Made by a program: the position numbers and the translations under genes. Below the pieces are notes generated by a model, which worked only from the letters and a program-made list of their open reading frames with translations, was not told the origin of the DNA and did no database searches. This document shows, piece by piece, positions 12,372-22,998 of a DNA stretch of 64,000 nucleotides. Numbering within the stretch: the first letter of the stretch is position 1; each line of letters starts with the position of its first letter. The stretch comes from Candidatus Eiseniibacteriota bacterium (GTDB taxonomy: Bacteria; Eisenbacteria; RBG-16-71-46), in contig CAVQXP010000004.1 of NCBI GenBank assembly GCA_963717935.1, positions 1,312,001 to 1,376,000 on the forward strand. The letters run 5' to 3'.

Positions 12372-13452
12372 CTACCGCTTCTGGGCCTGGGCCATCATGA
12401 CGGCGCCCACCGCGCCGAAGACCAGGTCCCCCAGCCAGCCCGCCAGATACGGGTTCAGCGCGCCGCTGTGGCCCAGGGCCTGCCCGGTGCGCAGCAGGGC
12501 GTAGTAGCAGAAGGAGATGATGATCGAGAGCCCGAAGCCGAGCGCGGCGCTCTGCATCCGCAGGCGCGTGGCCACGGGCGCGCCGATGAGCACGACGATC
12601 AGGTTGACGAGGGGGAAGGCCAGCTTCACCTGCAGGTCCACCAGGTAGTTCGCCACGCGTGCCCCGCTGGCGCGCAGCTTCTGCACGTAGGACCACAGCT
12701 CGAAGAAGTTCATCTCGCCCGGGTTGCGGCTCTCCTTGGCGAAGTCCGCGGGCTGCTCGACGATCCCGTTCACCGCCATGCGGTCGAAGGCCTTCACCTG
12801 CTCCCGGTTGCCCGAGAACCTGCGCAGGAAGCCCGAGGAGAACACCCATCGTGTTCCGTCCCAACTGGCCTCGGCGGCGTCGATGCGCCGCACCAGGGCG
12901 CCGCCGAAGAACTCCTGCAGCGAGACCTCGTGCATGCGCTGCTCGCCCACCAGGTACAGCCGCATGTAGAAGATGCGGCCGCCCTCGCCGAGATAGGTGA
13001 CGTCGGCCCGCTCGGTCACCTGGCGGCGCCGCATGCCCTGGATCTCCTGGTCGTAGATCGCGTCCCGCTGGCGGTTCGTCTCCGGCACGACGGATTCGCT
13101 CAGGGCCAGGGAGAACAGCGTGGAGGCGACGGACACCGCCAGCACCGGCGCGAGGATGCCGCATCAGCGAGCGTCCGGACGTGCGCATCGCGGTCAGCTC
13201 GCCGAACTTGTTGAGCTGGCCGAGCGCGAGGAAGGTGGCCATCAGGAGCGCGATGGGCAGCACCTGCACCAGCCATTCGGGCAGACGGTAGAGGTAGTAG
13301 CGCCCGATCAGCGGGAAGGCGGCGTGGTGGTCGAGGAACACGTCGATCTTCTCGAACACGTCCACCACCACGAAGATGGCGAGGATGCCGACGAGCCCGA
13401 GGGCGAGGTAGCCGGCGAACTCCCGAAGCAGGTAGCGGTCGAGGATCTTCAC
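12372..13452 (-). CDS. lptG: LPS export ABC transporter permease LptG (frameshift ~13165)
   Basis: KILDRYLLREF, GELTAMRTSG, KLAFPLVNLI; YjgP/YjgQ topology; follows lptF. Confidence 0.85.
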
Positions 13453-14879
13453 GCGGGCGGTCCTCCTCCGGGTGGGCCCGCGGGCAGTGCCTCCCGGGAG
13501 CCTTCGCGCCAGCGGCCCCAGGACGTCGCGCGGGGGGCCCGGGGCCGCCAGACCTCGATCGAGCGCAGGGTGGCCAGCAGGCCCCAGGTCCCGAGTGCCA
13601 GATTCGGGAGCCACATGGCCAGCCAGGGCGGCAGCAGCAGCCGGTTGGCCAACTCCTCGCCACCGACCAGGCAGAGATAGTAGAAGAGGAAGAACGCCAC
13701 CGAGACGAAGGCCACCGCGGGGCCCGCGCGCCGCACGCGCATGCCGAGCGGTGCCCCGATGAAGACGAACACCACGCAGGCCGCCGGCAGCGAGAACTTC
13801 TTGTGGATCTCGACCGAAAGCGAGCCCGCCCGCCGCTCGAGCGCCTCGCGCTCCATCCGCCAGAGCTCCAACTCGATCCGCACCTGGGGGTTCTCCTGCT
13901 GCACGCGCTCGAGCATCGGGTTGCCGCCAAACAGCGCCCGCAGGGTCGTGGCCACCCGCGCGTCCCACGAGAGCCCGGCGGGGATCACGGCCTCCAGGTC
14001 GCGGGCGGTGAGCCCGTAGGTGGCGAGGTGCTCCAGGTGCTGGGCGGTCGAGCGCTGATCCTGCTCGATCACCCGTTGCCGCTCCTGCGCGAGCTGGCCG
14101 GCGCTCATCTCGCGATCGCTGCGCGCTTCGCGTACGCTGCGCTCCAGGATGGCGCCCGCGCCCTGGATGTGGATGATGTGGGTCTTGAAGACCATGCGCC
14201 GGTACTTCCGCGGGCCGCCCTCGTCGGCCGGGATCTCGTGGATCTCCCCGTCCTTCAGTTCGAGCACGGCCGTGCGGCCGTCGGGCGTGTAGGTCAGGAA
14301 GCCGCGGTTGGCCAGGATGAGGTTGGGGGGACCGCCGGCGTTCATCTGGTAGATGGTCACACCCCGCATCTCGTTGGTGCGCCCGTTCACGGACTGGACC
14401 AGCAGGTTGTAGCCCGGGAAGTCGGTGATGAAGACTCCCTCCTGGAGCTTTACCGTGGGCCGCATGCGGCCGATGTCGATGAGCAGGTTGGCGAAGGCAT
14501 GGTTGGACTCGGGCAATACCCGGTCGTTGAAGAACGTGAGGCCCGCCGCCAGCAGCGTGGCCGCCAGCAGCGGGCCGACGAGGATGGAGGCCAGGTTGAC
14601 GCCGCTGGCGCGCAGTGCGGTGATCTCGTTGTCCTGGGAGAGGCGGCCGAAGGTCATCAGCACGGCTACCAGGACCGCGCAGGGCACCGACAGCGCCACG
14701 ATGTAGCCCAGGGAGAGCAGGAAGAGCTGGAGCACCGCCAGGGGGGCCACGCCCCGGTTGATCACCAGGTCCAGGTAGTCGAACAGGACGTCCATCTCGA
14801 GGATGAACGTGACCACCCCGAAACCCAGCAGTAAGGGAACCAGATGCTGCTTCAGGATGTACCAGTGGAGGATACGCAT
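13449..14879 (-). CDS. lptF: LPS export ABC transporter permease LptF
   Basis: MRILHWYILK, FGRLSQDNEITALRASG, VEIHKKFSLPAAC. Confidence 0.88.
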   Translation of the reverse strand: MRILHWYILKQHLVPLLLGFGVVTFILEMDVLFDYLDLVINRGVAPLAVLQLFLLSLGYIVALSVPCAVLVAVLMTFGRLSQDNEITALRASGVNLASILVGPLLAATLLAAGLTFFNDRVLPESNHAFANLLIDIGRMRPTVKLQEGVFITDFPGYNLLVQSVNGRTNEMRGVTIYQMNAGGPPNLILANRGFLTYTPDGRTAVLELKDGEIHEIPADEGGPRKYRRMVFKTHIIHIQGAGAILERSVREARSDREMSAGQLAQERQRVIEQDQRSTAQHLEHLATYGLTARDLEAVIPAGLSWDARVATTLRALFGGNPMLERVQQENPQVRIELELWRMEREALERRAGSLSVEIHKKFSLPAACVVFVFIGAPLGMRVRRAGPAVAFVSVAFFLFYYLCLVGGEELANRLLLPPWLAMWLPNLALGTWGLLATLRSIEVWRPRAPRATSWGRWREGSREALPAGPPGGGPPA

Positions 14880-14937
14880 GGCTGCGCAGCCTACCTCATG
14901 GGTCGGGACGGGAGCGACGGATTTCCTTCGATGGCCT

Positions 14938-14966
14938 TTGACCGGCAGGGGTTCCCCTGCTAGGGT
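14938..14966 (+). promoter_or_regulatory. Putative sigma70 promoter of the sprA-like gene
   Basis: TTGACC-17 nt-TAGGGT in the 136-bp divergent lptF/sprA gap. Confidence 0.4.
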
Positions 14967-15015
14967 CACCGGCTGCGCCTCCTCCCACGGGGGCGCAGCC
15001 GTTTAGGCTGCCTGC

Positions 15016-18000
15016 ATGCTGACCGCTCTTCCGGCCCTCCTGTTGTTCATCGGGTTTCCCCATTTCGGGCTGAAGCCCAGCCGCCCGGCGTCCCCCGCGG
15101 ACTCTCTCCCGCCGGCCTGGAAGAGCGCGTCCCGGCTGGCGCTGGAGGACCAGTTCGTCCTGGGCGCCCTGCGCCCCCTTCGGCTGCGCTCCCCGGGCCT
15201 GCGGCTGAACCTCGACCCGCGCTCGCTGCGGGTGACCATGGACCCCGACTCCGGCACGGTGAGCACGTCCACGCGTCTGGGCGAGATCCCCCTGGGCCCG
15301 GGCGCGGCTCGCTCGCTCTCGGCTTTCTCCCGCGAGACCGGCCGGCTCACCTTCGAGCGGTTGTGGCTCGAGACCTCCACGCGGAACCTCAACGTCAAGG
15401 CGCAGGGCTCTGGCCGCGGGGCCTCCACGACGGGGCTCTCCTTCAAGCTGCCCTCGCCGCTGCCGGCGCGCGTGCAGAACCTGCTCGGGCCCGGCGGTCC
15501 GGCGCTGAACGTCTCCGGTTCCGAGAACATCCGGCTTTCGGGGCAGAGCGACTGGAGCAACCAGCAGGTGGGTCTGCTGGGCCAGCGGCGCTCGCTGTTC
15601 CCGACGCTGAACATGCAGCAGGACCTGGACATCCGCCTCGAGGGGCAGCTCTCCGATCGCATCAAGGTCAACCTGCTGCAGAACTCCGCCAACCAGATCC
15701 CGCTCGCCAACCGGATCGCCATCAACTACCGCGGCGATGAGGACGACCTGGTCCAGGCGCTCGACCTGGGCAACACCAGCCTGACGTTGCCGGGCACCCA
15801 GTACGTCTCCTACAGCGGCCGCAACGAGGGCCTGTTCGGCGTCAAGGCGGCGCTGCGCTACGGCCTGCTCGACTTCACGATTCTGGCGAGCAAGCAGGAG
15901 GGCAAGAGCGAGCGCGCGAGCTACGCCGGGGGCGCCTCGAAGCAGAACCAGACCCTGAACGACTTCGACTACGTGCGCGGGACCTATTTCTTCCTCTACG
16001 ACCCCAGCACCCCGACGCTCGACATCGAGGACGCCAGCATCGTGCTCTACCGTGACAACGCGGACTACACCAGCAACGTGAGCACGGTGCGCGGCCGGGC
16101 GCTGGTGGATCCGACCCTGGGCCCGGGCACGGCGCCCGACACGGCGGCGGTGCTCGGCCTCTTCACGCAGCTGACGGCCGGGGCGGACAAGGACTACGAG
16201 ATCCTGCGGGACATCTACGGTCCGAACTTCAAGGTCATCCGGCTCCGGCGCCAGATGGTGGGAGACCAACGCCTGGCCGTGACCTATCGTCGGCGCCCGG
16301 CGGGTTCGACGGGGCCCTACGAGCAGGTGGGGAGCACCGGGCTCGTGGACGACCTCGATGGGGTGCCGACCATCCAGATGAAGCTGCTGCGCGCGCCCGC
16401 CAACCGGCTCGTGCCGGACTCCACCGGCGTCAGGTTCGAGATCGGACCCTGCCCGGGCGCCATTCAACGCGACGCGGGAGCTCGAGCTCAGGAACTTCTA
16501 CCAGCTCGGCGGCCAGCGCATCGACCCCGGCACCATCAAGCTCAACGTCCGCCAGGGCTACTCCGATCCGCCGCACTACTCCGAACCCGATGCGCCCGGG
16601 ATCCCCTACATCGAGATGCTGGGCCTCGACAACTACGACGAGTCCGGGGGGTCGGCGGTGCGCGGCGCCCACGACAACCAGGTGGACGGCACGGTGGTGA
16701 CCTCGAACATGCGCGCCTTCGTGGACTTCGAGAACGGCGTCCTGTTCCTGCCCGACCCGCGTCCCTTCGCGCCGCGGCTCGGCCCGGACGGGAAGGCCTT
16801 CGACCGCGCGGTCAGCGACCTGCTCTCGCGGCGCGACTCGCTCATCGGATCCCCCGACCCCCACTCCAGCGCCGCCGGCCTGGAGCAGAACGCCTCCAAT
16901 CCCGCCATCTACGACGACTACAACCCGCGCCGCGACCTCGCGCTCGAGTTACTTCATCGACGTGGAGTTCACCGCGGCGATGGCCCAGGGCGAGATCATG
17001 CTGGGGCGCGGCAATCTGCTCGAGGGCTCCGAGGTCGTCTCGGTGGGCGGCGAGCAGTGGGTGCGCGACAAGGACTACACGATCGACTACGACCTCGGCC
17101 GCCTCACGCTCAAGCGCCAGTTGCCCGCCCGGCGGCCAGCTCAGCGTGAACTACTCCTACGCCCCGCTCTTCCAGCAGGCCGGCCGCACGCTGGTCGGGA
17201 GCGCCTTCCGCCTCGAGGGGCGCGAGAAGAGCCTTGGCGGGGCCTTCATGTACGAGAGCAAGGGCGCGCAGGACCTGCGTCCGCGGCTGGGGGAGGAGCC
17301 CTCGCGCAGTCTCATCACCGACCTCAACACCGAATGGACGTTCCACCCGGACTGGATGACCCGGATGGTGGACCGCCTGCCCGGGATCCGCACCACCGCC
17401 CCCTCGAGTTTCCACGTGCAGGCCGAGATGGGCATGTCGCTTCCCCAATCCCAACACCCGGAACGAAGTCTTCATCGACGACATGGAGGGGGTGCGCGAC
17501 GCGGTCTCCCTGGCCATGATGCAGGAACGCTGGCACTGGGCGAGCCCGCCGCTGCTCAAGCTGGTGACGGGCACGGAGATACCGATCACGGACCCGGACG
17601 TGAAGACGAACTTCGAGACCTACGGCCTCCACGCCACCGAACTGCACTGGTACTCGCCGCCCAACTACGTCAGGGAACGCGACCTCAAGCCCAATCTCAT
17701 CGACGCCCAGGGCGCGCTCAACCCGCACCAGGTGCTGTGCCTGAGCGTGCCGCGCCGGCCGCGCGGGGCGATCAGCGATTCCACCCGGCTGTGGGCGGGC
17801 GTGGGCTACGTGCTCGACCAGGTGGGCCTCGATCTCTCCCGCTCCCAGTTCATCGAGCTGTGGGTGAACGACTTCCGCGACCAGCATGCCGCGGATGGGT
17901 TGGGCCGCGTGCGCGGGCGCCACGTCCAGCTCCACGTGGATCTGGGCACGATGAGCGAGGACCAGATGCGCTCGCCGGACCAGCCGCCCAACGGTCTGCT

Positions 18001-21000
18001 GGACAGTGAGGACAAGGCCCGCGACAACGTGCTCACGGTGGAAGAGGACACGGGACTCGACGGGTTGATGAACCCCGACTCGAGCCGGGTGCGCGACCTG
18101 GTCACCTCGAACGGGACGGATCCCGAGGGCGATGACTTCCATCCGCCGGAGGAAATCGTGACCCGGGAGGAGGACAAGTCCATCGACCCGCGCAACTGGG
18201 TGTCGGTGAACGGCACCGAGGGCAACCGCACCATCAACCCCGTGCCGGACACCGAGGACCTCAATCTGAACGGCGCCCTGGATCCCAACAACGACTACTA
18301 CGAGTACACCATCGACCTGGGCGATGTCTCCCCGGACGCGCCCTACCTGGTGACGGACGTGCAGCGCGACTTCGGCCCCGACTTGCCGACCTCCTACCCC
18401 AACGGCTGGCGCCGTTACCGCATCCCGATCGCCGACTCCCTGGCCGTGAAGTTCGGGAACCCCAACCTGGCGATGGTCCAGGGCGTGCGAGTCTGGATCC
18501 AGGGCGTCGTGGAGTCGGACTCGTCGCTCGCGGACATCCGCAAGCCGCTGCTCATGCTGGGCGGGCTGGACATCGTGGGCAGCCGCTGGCAGCAGGCCGC
18601 GCTCGACTCGATCTCGCTCACCTCGCCGGTCACGACGCTGACCCTGAACTCGGTGAACACGCTGGACAACGCCGACGTCTACGTGGCGCCCTTCGACCCC
18701 GGCCTGACGCGCAACGGCAGCCAGGAACTCACCCGCCGCGAGCAGTCCATGAGCCTGGAGTTCACCGACCTCAAGCCCGGCGCGGCGCTGGAGACGTTCA
18801 AGACCTTCTCGCTGGACGAGAACTACAGCCGCTACGGCAAGCTCACCTGGTTTGCCGCGGGCTTCGACGTGCGCGACTCGAGCGATGCGCCCTACGACGC
18901 GGCCGTGGACACCGCGCTCTTCTACTACGTGCGTTTCGCCTCGGACGAGCAGGGGCGCAACTACTACGAGTACCGGGCGCGCCTGCCGGGCTCCTCGACG
19001 CCGCGCAGCATCAACTGGAGCCAGGTCGGCGCTGCAGCTCACCGACCTGTCGAACCTGAAGCTGAACCCGGACTTCCCGAAGACCGGGACGATCCGCTAC
19101 GTCGTGGCCGGGGCGGTCCCGGGGGAGAGCCTCATCGTGAACGGCAGGCCCTCGTTCACCCGGCTGCGGCGCATCTCCTTCGGCCTGCTGAACCTGAGCG
19201 GGAAGCGCTTCCGGTCGGGGCAGCTGTGGTTCGACGAGTTGCGGGCCACGGACGTGGCCAAGGACGTGGATCACGCCCAGCGCGTCCAGGTCAACGGACA
19301 GCTGTCCAACCTGATGAACTACAACCTGTCGTGGAACGGCCGCGGGGCGGACTTCCTCTCGGTGGGCGAGAGCCGTGGATCCGGCAGCTCGTTCGACCAG
19401 TTCTCGTGGAGCACTTCGATCCAGCCGCACCGCTTCTTCGAGCAGACGCGGATCTCGCTGCCCGTCAACCTCGGCTATTCACGCAACAGCTCGCGGCCCC
19501 GCTTCAGCGCCGGCGACGACATCGTCCGCACCGGGGCCCTCGAGGCCGCCAGCGAGACCCGCAACGAGTCGCGCTCGTTCTCGACCTCCTACTCGCGCGC
19601 CTGGAGCGAGCGCTCCAACCCGTTTCTGCGCTACACGCTCGGCGGCATCACCGCCAGCTACAACTGGAGCCAGTCCAAGGGCCGCAGCCCCTATTCGGTG
19701 GACAGCACCGTCGTCAAGTCCGCGACGGTGAGCTACCTCATCGCGCCCCGCAAGCTCCTCGCGATCGGGATCCCGTTGAGCAAGGCCCGCTTCTACCTTC
19801 TGCCGGAGCGCGCCTACTGGAACTATTCGGTCAACAGCACCCGCACCGTCTCCTTCGACCGGGTGGGTGCCCTGCGTGACTCGCTCCGCAAGCGCAGCGA
19901 CGTGACCGGCCGGTCCGCTTTCGTGAACTTCGGTGCCGACTCGCGGCCCCTCGATTTCCTCCACCACAACATCCAGGGAGTCCGCAACCTGATGCTGCCA
20001 GAGGGCGAGGTGCGCAACGACCGGCTCGGGTTCGTCAACCTGGGCCGGGTGACGAGCTGGCGGCAGAGCACGGACGCGCGCTACAGCCTCACGCGCGGGC
20101 CCTGGCTGCGGCCTTCGCTCTCCTGGAACTCGTCCTACAGCCAGAACAACGGGCCCGAGCTGTCGCGCGACCTGGGCCTGCGCTCGGTGAGCAACAGCCA
20201 GTCGCTGAGCATGACCATGGAACTGCCCTTCTCGCGCTTCGAAGTCGCGAGTGCCGCCCGGCCGCCCGCGCGGCCGGACACCGCCCGCCGCGGCGCGCCC
20301 TCCGACAGTTCCCGCGCCCCGGCCGCTCGGGCGGCGCGGTTCGAACTGCCCTGGCGCAGGCTCCTCGGGGCACTGGGCACGGTCTCGACGGACGCGGGGT
20401 TCAATCGCTCGAGCGGCTACAGCCGGCTCGCGGGCACGCCCGGCTTCGCCTATCTGTTCGGGCTCTCGAGCCGCCTCGACTCGGCGCGGACGCGGCCCGC
20501 GTTCGGCAACGGCGCTTCGGTCTCGACCGACTGGCGCGTGGGGGCCCGGACCCGCGTGAAGCTCCCGTACGGCAGCTCGGCCAACACGCGCTTCGACTTC
20601 ACCTCCCGCGAGTACGACAACAACGGGATGAGGAACCGGACGCGGACCCTTCGCTTCCCCGACGTCGAGATGGAGTACGGGCGGGTGGCCAAGGTGCTGC
20701 GCCTCGACCGCGTGCTCAATAATCCGCAGCTGCGCAGCGCCTACGGGCGCTCCGTGACCACCGAGTTCGCCAACAATCGCCCCAAGGCCACCGGCCGGTC
20801 GTCGAGCAGCGACTGGCGGCCGCTCGTCGGCCTGACCGGCAGCCTGAAGAGCGGGGCGCGCATCGAGTTCAGGACGGAGCGGCGTGTCACCGAGACCGAG
20901 AACCTCCTCGTGGGGCACTCGGTCACGACCACCCGCCTCACGACCACCTACTTCAGCGTCAACCGCTCCTATTCGCGGGGTCAGAAGGTGAACATCCTGG

Positions 21001-21287
21001 GCAAGCAGAAGACGGTCAGCAGCACGGTCGGCTTGGGCCTCACCGGCCAGTACGAGGCTCACAGCGGCGAGACGGTGTCGTTCGCCGACGCCACCCGCAA
21101 TCTCCCGACCGGCGTCCGCTTCCCGATCAAGGAGGACCGGCTTTCGTTGAACGGCACCGGTTCCTACTCCTTCAGCACCAACGTCACCGGGAACCTCACG
21201 CTCGGCTATGGGCAGAACAACGACCGCCAGAAGAAGTTCCAACGGAAGAACGTGCGCGTCGAGTTGCGCGCGCAGTTCACGTTCTAG
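15016..21287 (+). CDS. sprA: SprA/Sov-like giant outer-membrane beta-barrel (T9SS translocon homologue), ~2090 aa, several frameshifts
   Basis: INYRGDEDDLVQALDLGNTSLTLP, GLFGVKA, ELELRNFY, DYTIDYDLGRL, FIDDMEG, DLGTMSED, DTEDLNLNGALD, WRRYRIPI, LWFDELR and a terminal beta-signal (ELRAQFTF*) recalled from SprA family members. Frame breaks near 16450, 16950, 17125, 17445 and 19030. Confidence 0.8.
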
Positions 21288-21291
21288 GCAC

Positions 21292-22251
21292 ATGGCCCGC
21301 GTCCTGCGGAACCTGGCCCTGGTGGTGGCGCTCGCCGTGCCGACCGCCTGCACCGCCCGGCTCGGGGTGGACGGCGCGCGTGCCCAGGCCCGGGTCGCCT
21401 TTCAGGTCGCAGCGGGAGCGCGCGTGCCCGGCAGCGCCGCTCACGCGCGCATCCTCGAGTGGCTGGCCGGGGAGCTGACGCGGCTCGGTGGCCGCGTCGA
21501 GCGGCAGGCCTTCACCGACTCGTCTCTCGGCCGGCCGCTCGCGCTCACCAATGTCATCGCGCGCTTCGAGCCCGCCGCCGCCCCGGGAGGCGCGCGGCAG
21601 GTCGGGTCGGGCCGGGCCGGCGCCCCGGGGATCGTGCTGTGCGCGCACTGGGACAGCCGGGCATGGGCGGACCAGGACCCGGACCCGGCCTTCCGGGCCC
21701 AGCCGGTGCCGGGCGCGAACGACGGGGCTTCGGGCGTGGCCGTGCTGCTCGAGGTCGCCGAGCTCATGAGGCACCGGCCGCCCCCCCTGCCGGTGGACCT
21801 GGTCTTCTTCGACGGCGAGGACCAGGGACGCGCGGGTGAACCGCAGGGATTCTGCCTCGGTGCGGCGCACTACGCGCGCCAGCTCGGGACGACGGGGAGC
21901 GGCCGCTGGCGGCCTTCCTGTTCGACATGGTGGGGGACCGGGACCTCGAGATCCACCCCGAGGTGCAGTCGTCCAGAGCGGGCCGCGAACCTGGTGGCGC
22001 TGGTGCTCGAGGGCGCGCGGGTCACGGGGGCCCGCCAGTTCAAGCCGGATCCGCGCTACTCCATCATGGACGACCACATCCCGCTGCTCGATGCGGGTGT
22101 GCCTGCGGTGGACATCATCGACTTCGACTATCCGGCCTGGCACACGCACCGCGACCTGCCCGATCAGACATCCCCGGCCAGCCTGGCCGCGGTGGCCCGC
22201 GTGGCTGCCTGGATCGTCTACCGTTCGCCGCTGGCGAGCGCCGCGCGCTGA
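21292..22251 (+). CDS. M28-family zinc enzyme, glutaminyl-cyclase-like lipoprotein (two compensating frameshifts ~21895-21975)
   Basis: Lipobox-like VPTAC, LCAHWDSR, GANDGASGVAVLLE, FFDGED, LFDMVG (other frame), DDHIP, WHTHRD. Confidence 0.8.
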   Translation: MARVLRNLALVVALAVPTACTARLGVDGARAQARVAFQVAAGARVPGSAAHARILEWLAGELTRLGGRVERQAFTDSSLGRPLALTNVIARFEPAAAPGGARQVGSGRAGAPGIVLCAHWDSRAWADQDPDPAFRAQPVPGANDGASGVAVLLEVAELMRHRPPPLPVDLVFFDGEDQGRAGEPQGFCLGAAHYARQLGTTGSGRWRPSCSTWWGTGTSRSTPRCSRPERAANLVALVLEGARVTGARQFKPDPRYSIMDDHIPLLDAGVPAVDIIDFDYPAWHTHRDLPDQTSPASLAAVARVAAWIVYRSPLASAAR

Positions 22252-22367
22252 GACCCGCCCGCCCGGAGTCCAAATCTCTGGCGTGACGTGGGTTGGAACC
22301 GCGTTGTGGCAGCTTCGAGTCCGGGCCTCCGGACCGCTCCGACTCCGGCTCGTGGGCCAAAGTGCAC

Positions 22368-22436
22368 TTGCCGATTCCGGGCCGCTCGGTTATCGTGCGC
22401 GCAAGGAGTGGGTTCGGCGCGACCACTCCGTTTTTT
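22368..22436 (+). promoter_or_regulatory. rimP promoter and leader attenuator hairpin
   Basis: TTGCCG-17-TATCGT (22368-22396), then a GGAGTGG/CCACTCC stem (22405-22429) with TTTTTT, resembling the conserved rimP leader terminator. Confidence 0.65.
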
Positions 22437-22455
22437 GTCCTTATCCGGAGCCAAG

Positions 22456-22998
22456 TTGGAAGTTCGAGAGGAAGTCCGTCAACTCGCGGCGCCGTTGGCC
22501 GGCGAGGCGGGCTTCGAGCTGGTCGATGTCGAGTTGGTCGTGCAGGGCCGCCAGCGCGTCATCCGCGTGCTGCTGGACAAGCCCGGTGGCGTGACGGTGG
22601 GCGATTGTGCTGCTTTCAGCCGGCACCTGGGCGATTGCCTTGACATGAACCAGACGGTGGCAAGCAGTTACCGGCTCGAGGTCAGTTCGCCGGGGATGGA
22701 CCGGCCGCTCACCAGCCTGGGAGCGGTCGCGCGCTTCGCCGGCCGACGCGCCACGCTCACGAGCGTGGCAGCGCGTGAGGGCCGGCGGCATTATGACGGC
22801 GAGTTGCTCGGACCCGTGGGAACGACCCTCGGGATCCGGACCGAGGACGAGATGGAACACTGGTTCGACTGGACCGAGGTGAAGGTGGTCCGGCTGGCCG
22901 TGGACCCGTGGGAAGAGGCGCGGAACGCTCGCGGGGCCGGTTCACCCGCGCGCGAGCGTGGGGCCGGGTTGCGGCGTCCGCGCGGGGGGGCTCGATGA
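22456..22998 (+). CDS. rimP: Ribosome maturation factor RimP
   Basis: GFELVDVE, DKPGGVTVGDC, YRLEVSSPGMDRPL; TTG start after GGAG. Confidence 0.92.
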   Translation: MEVREEVRQLAAPLAGEAGFELVDVELVVQGRQRVIRVLLDKPGGVTVGDCAAFSRHLGDCLDMNQTVASSYRLEVSSPGMDRPLTSLGAVARFAGRRATLTSVAAREGRRHYDGELLGPVGTTLGIRTEDEMEHWFDWTEVKVVRLAVDPWEEARNARGAGSPARERGAGLRRPRGGAR

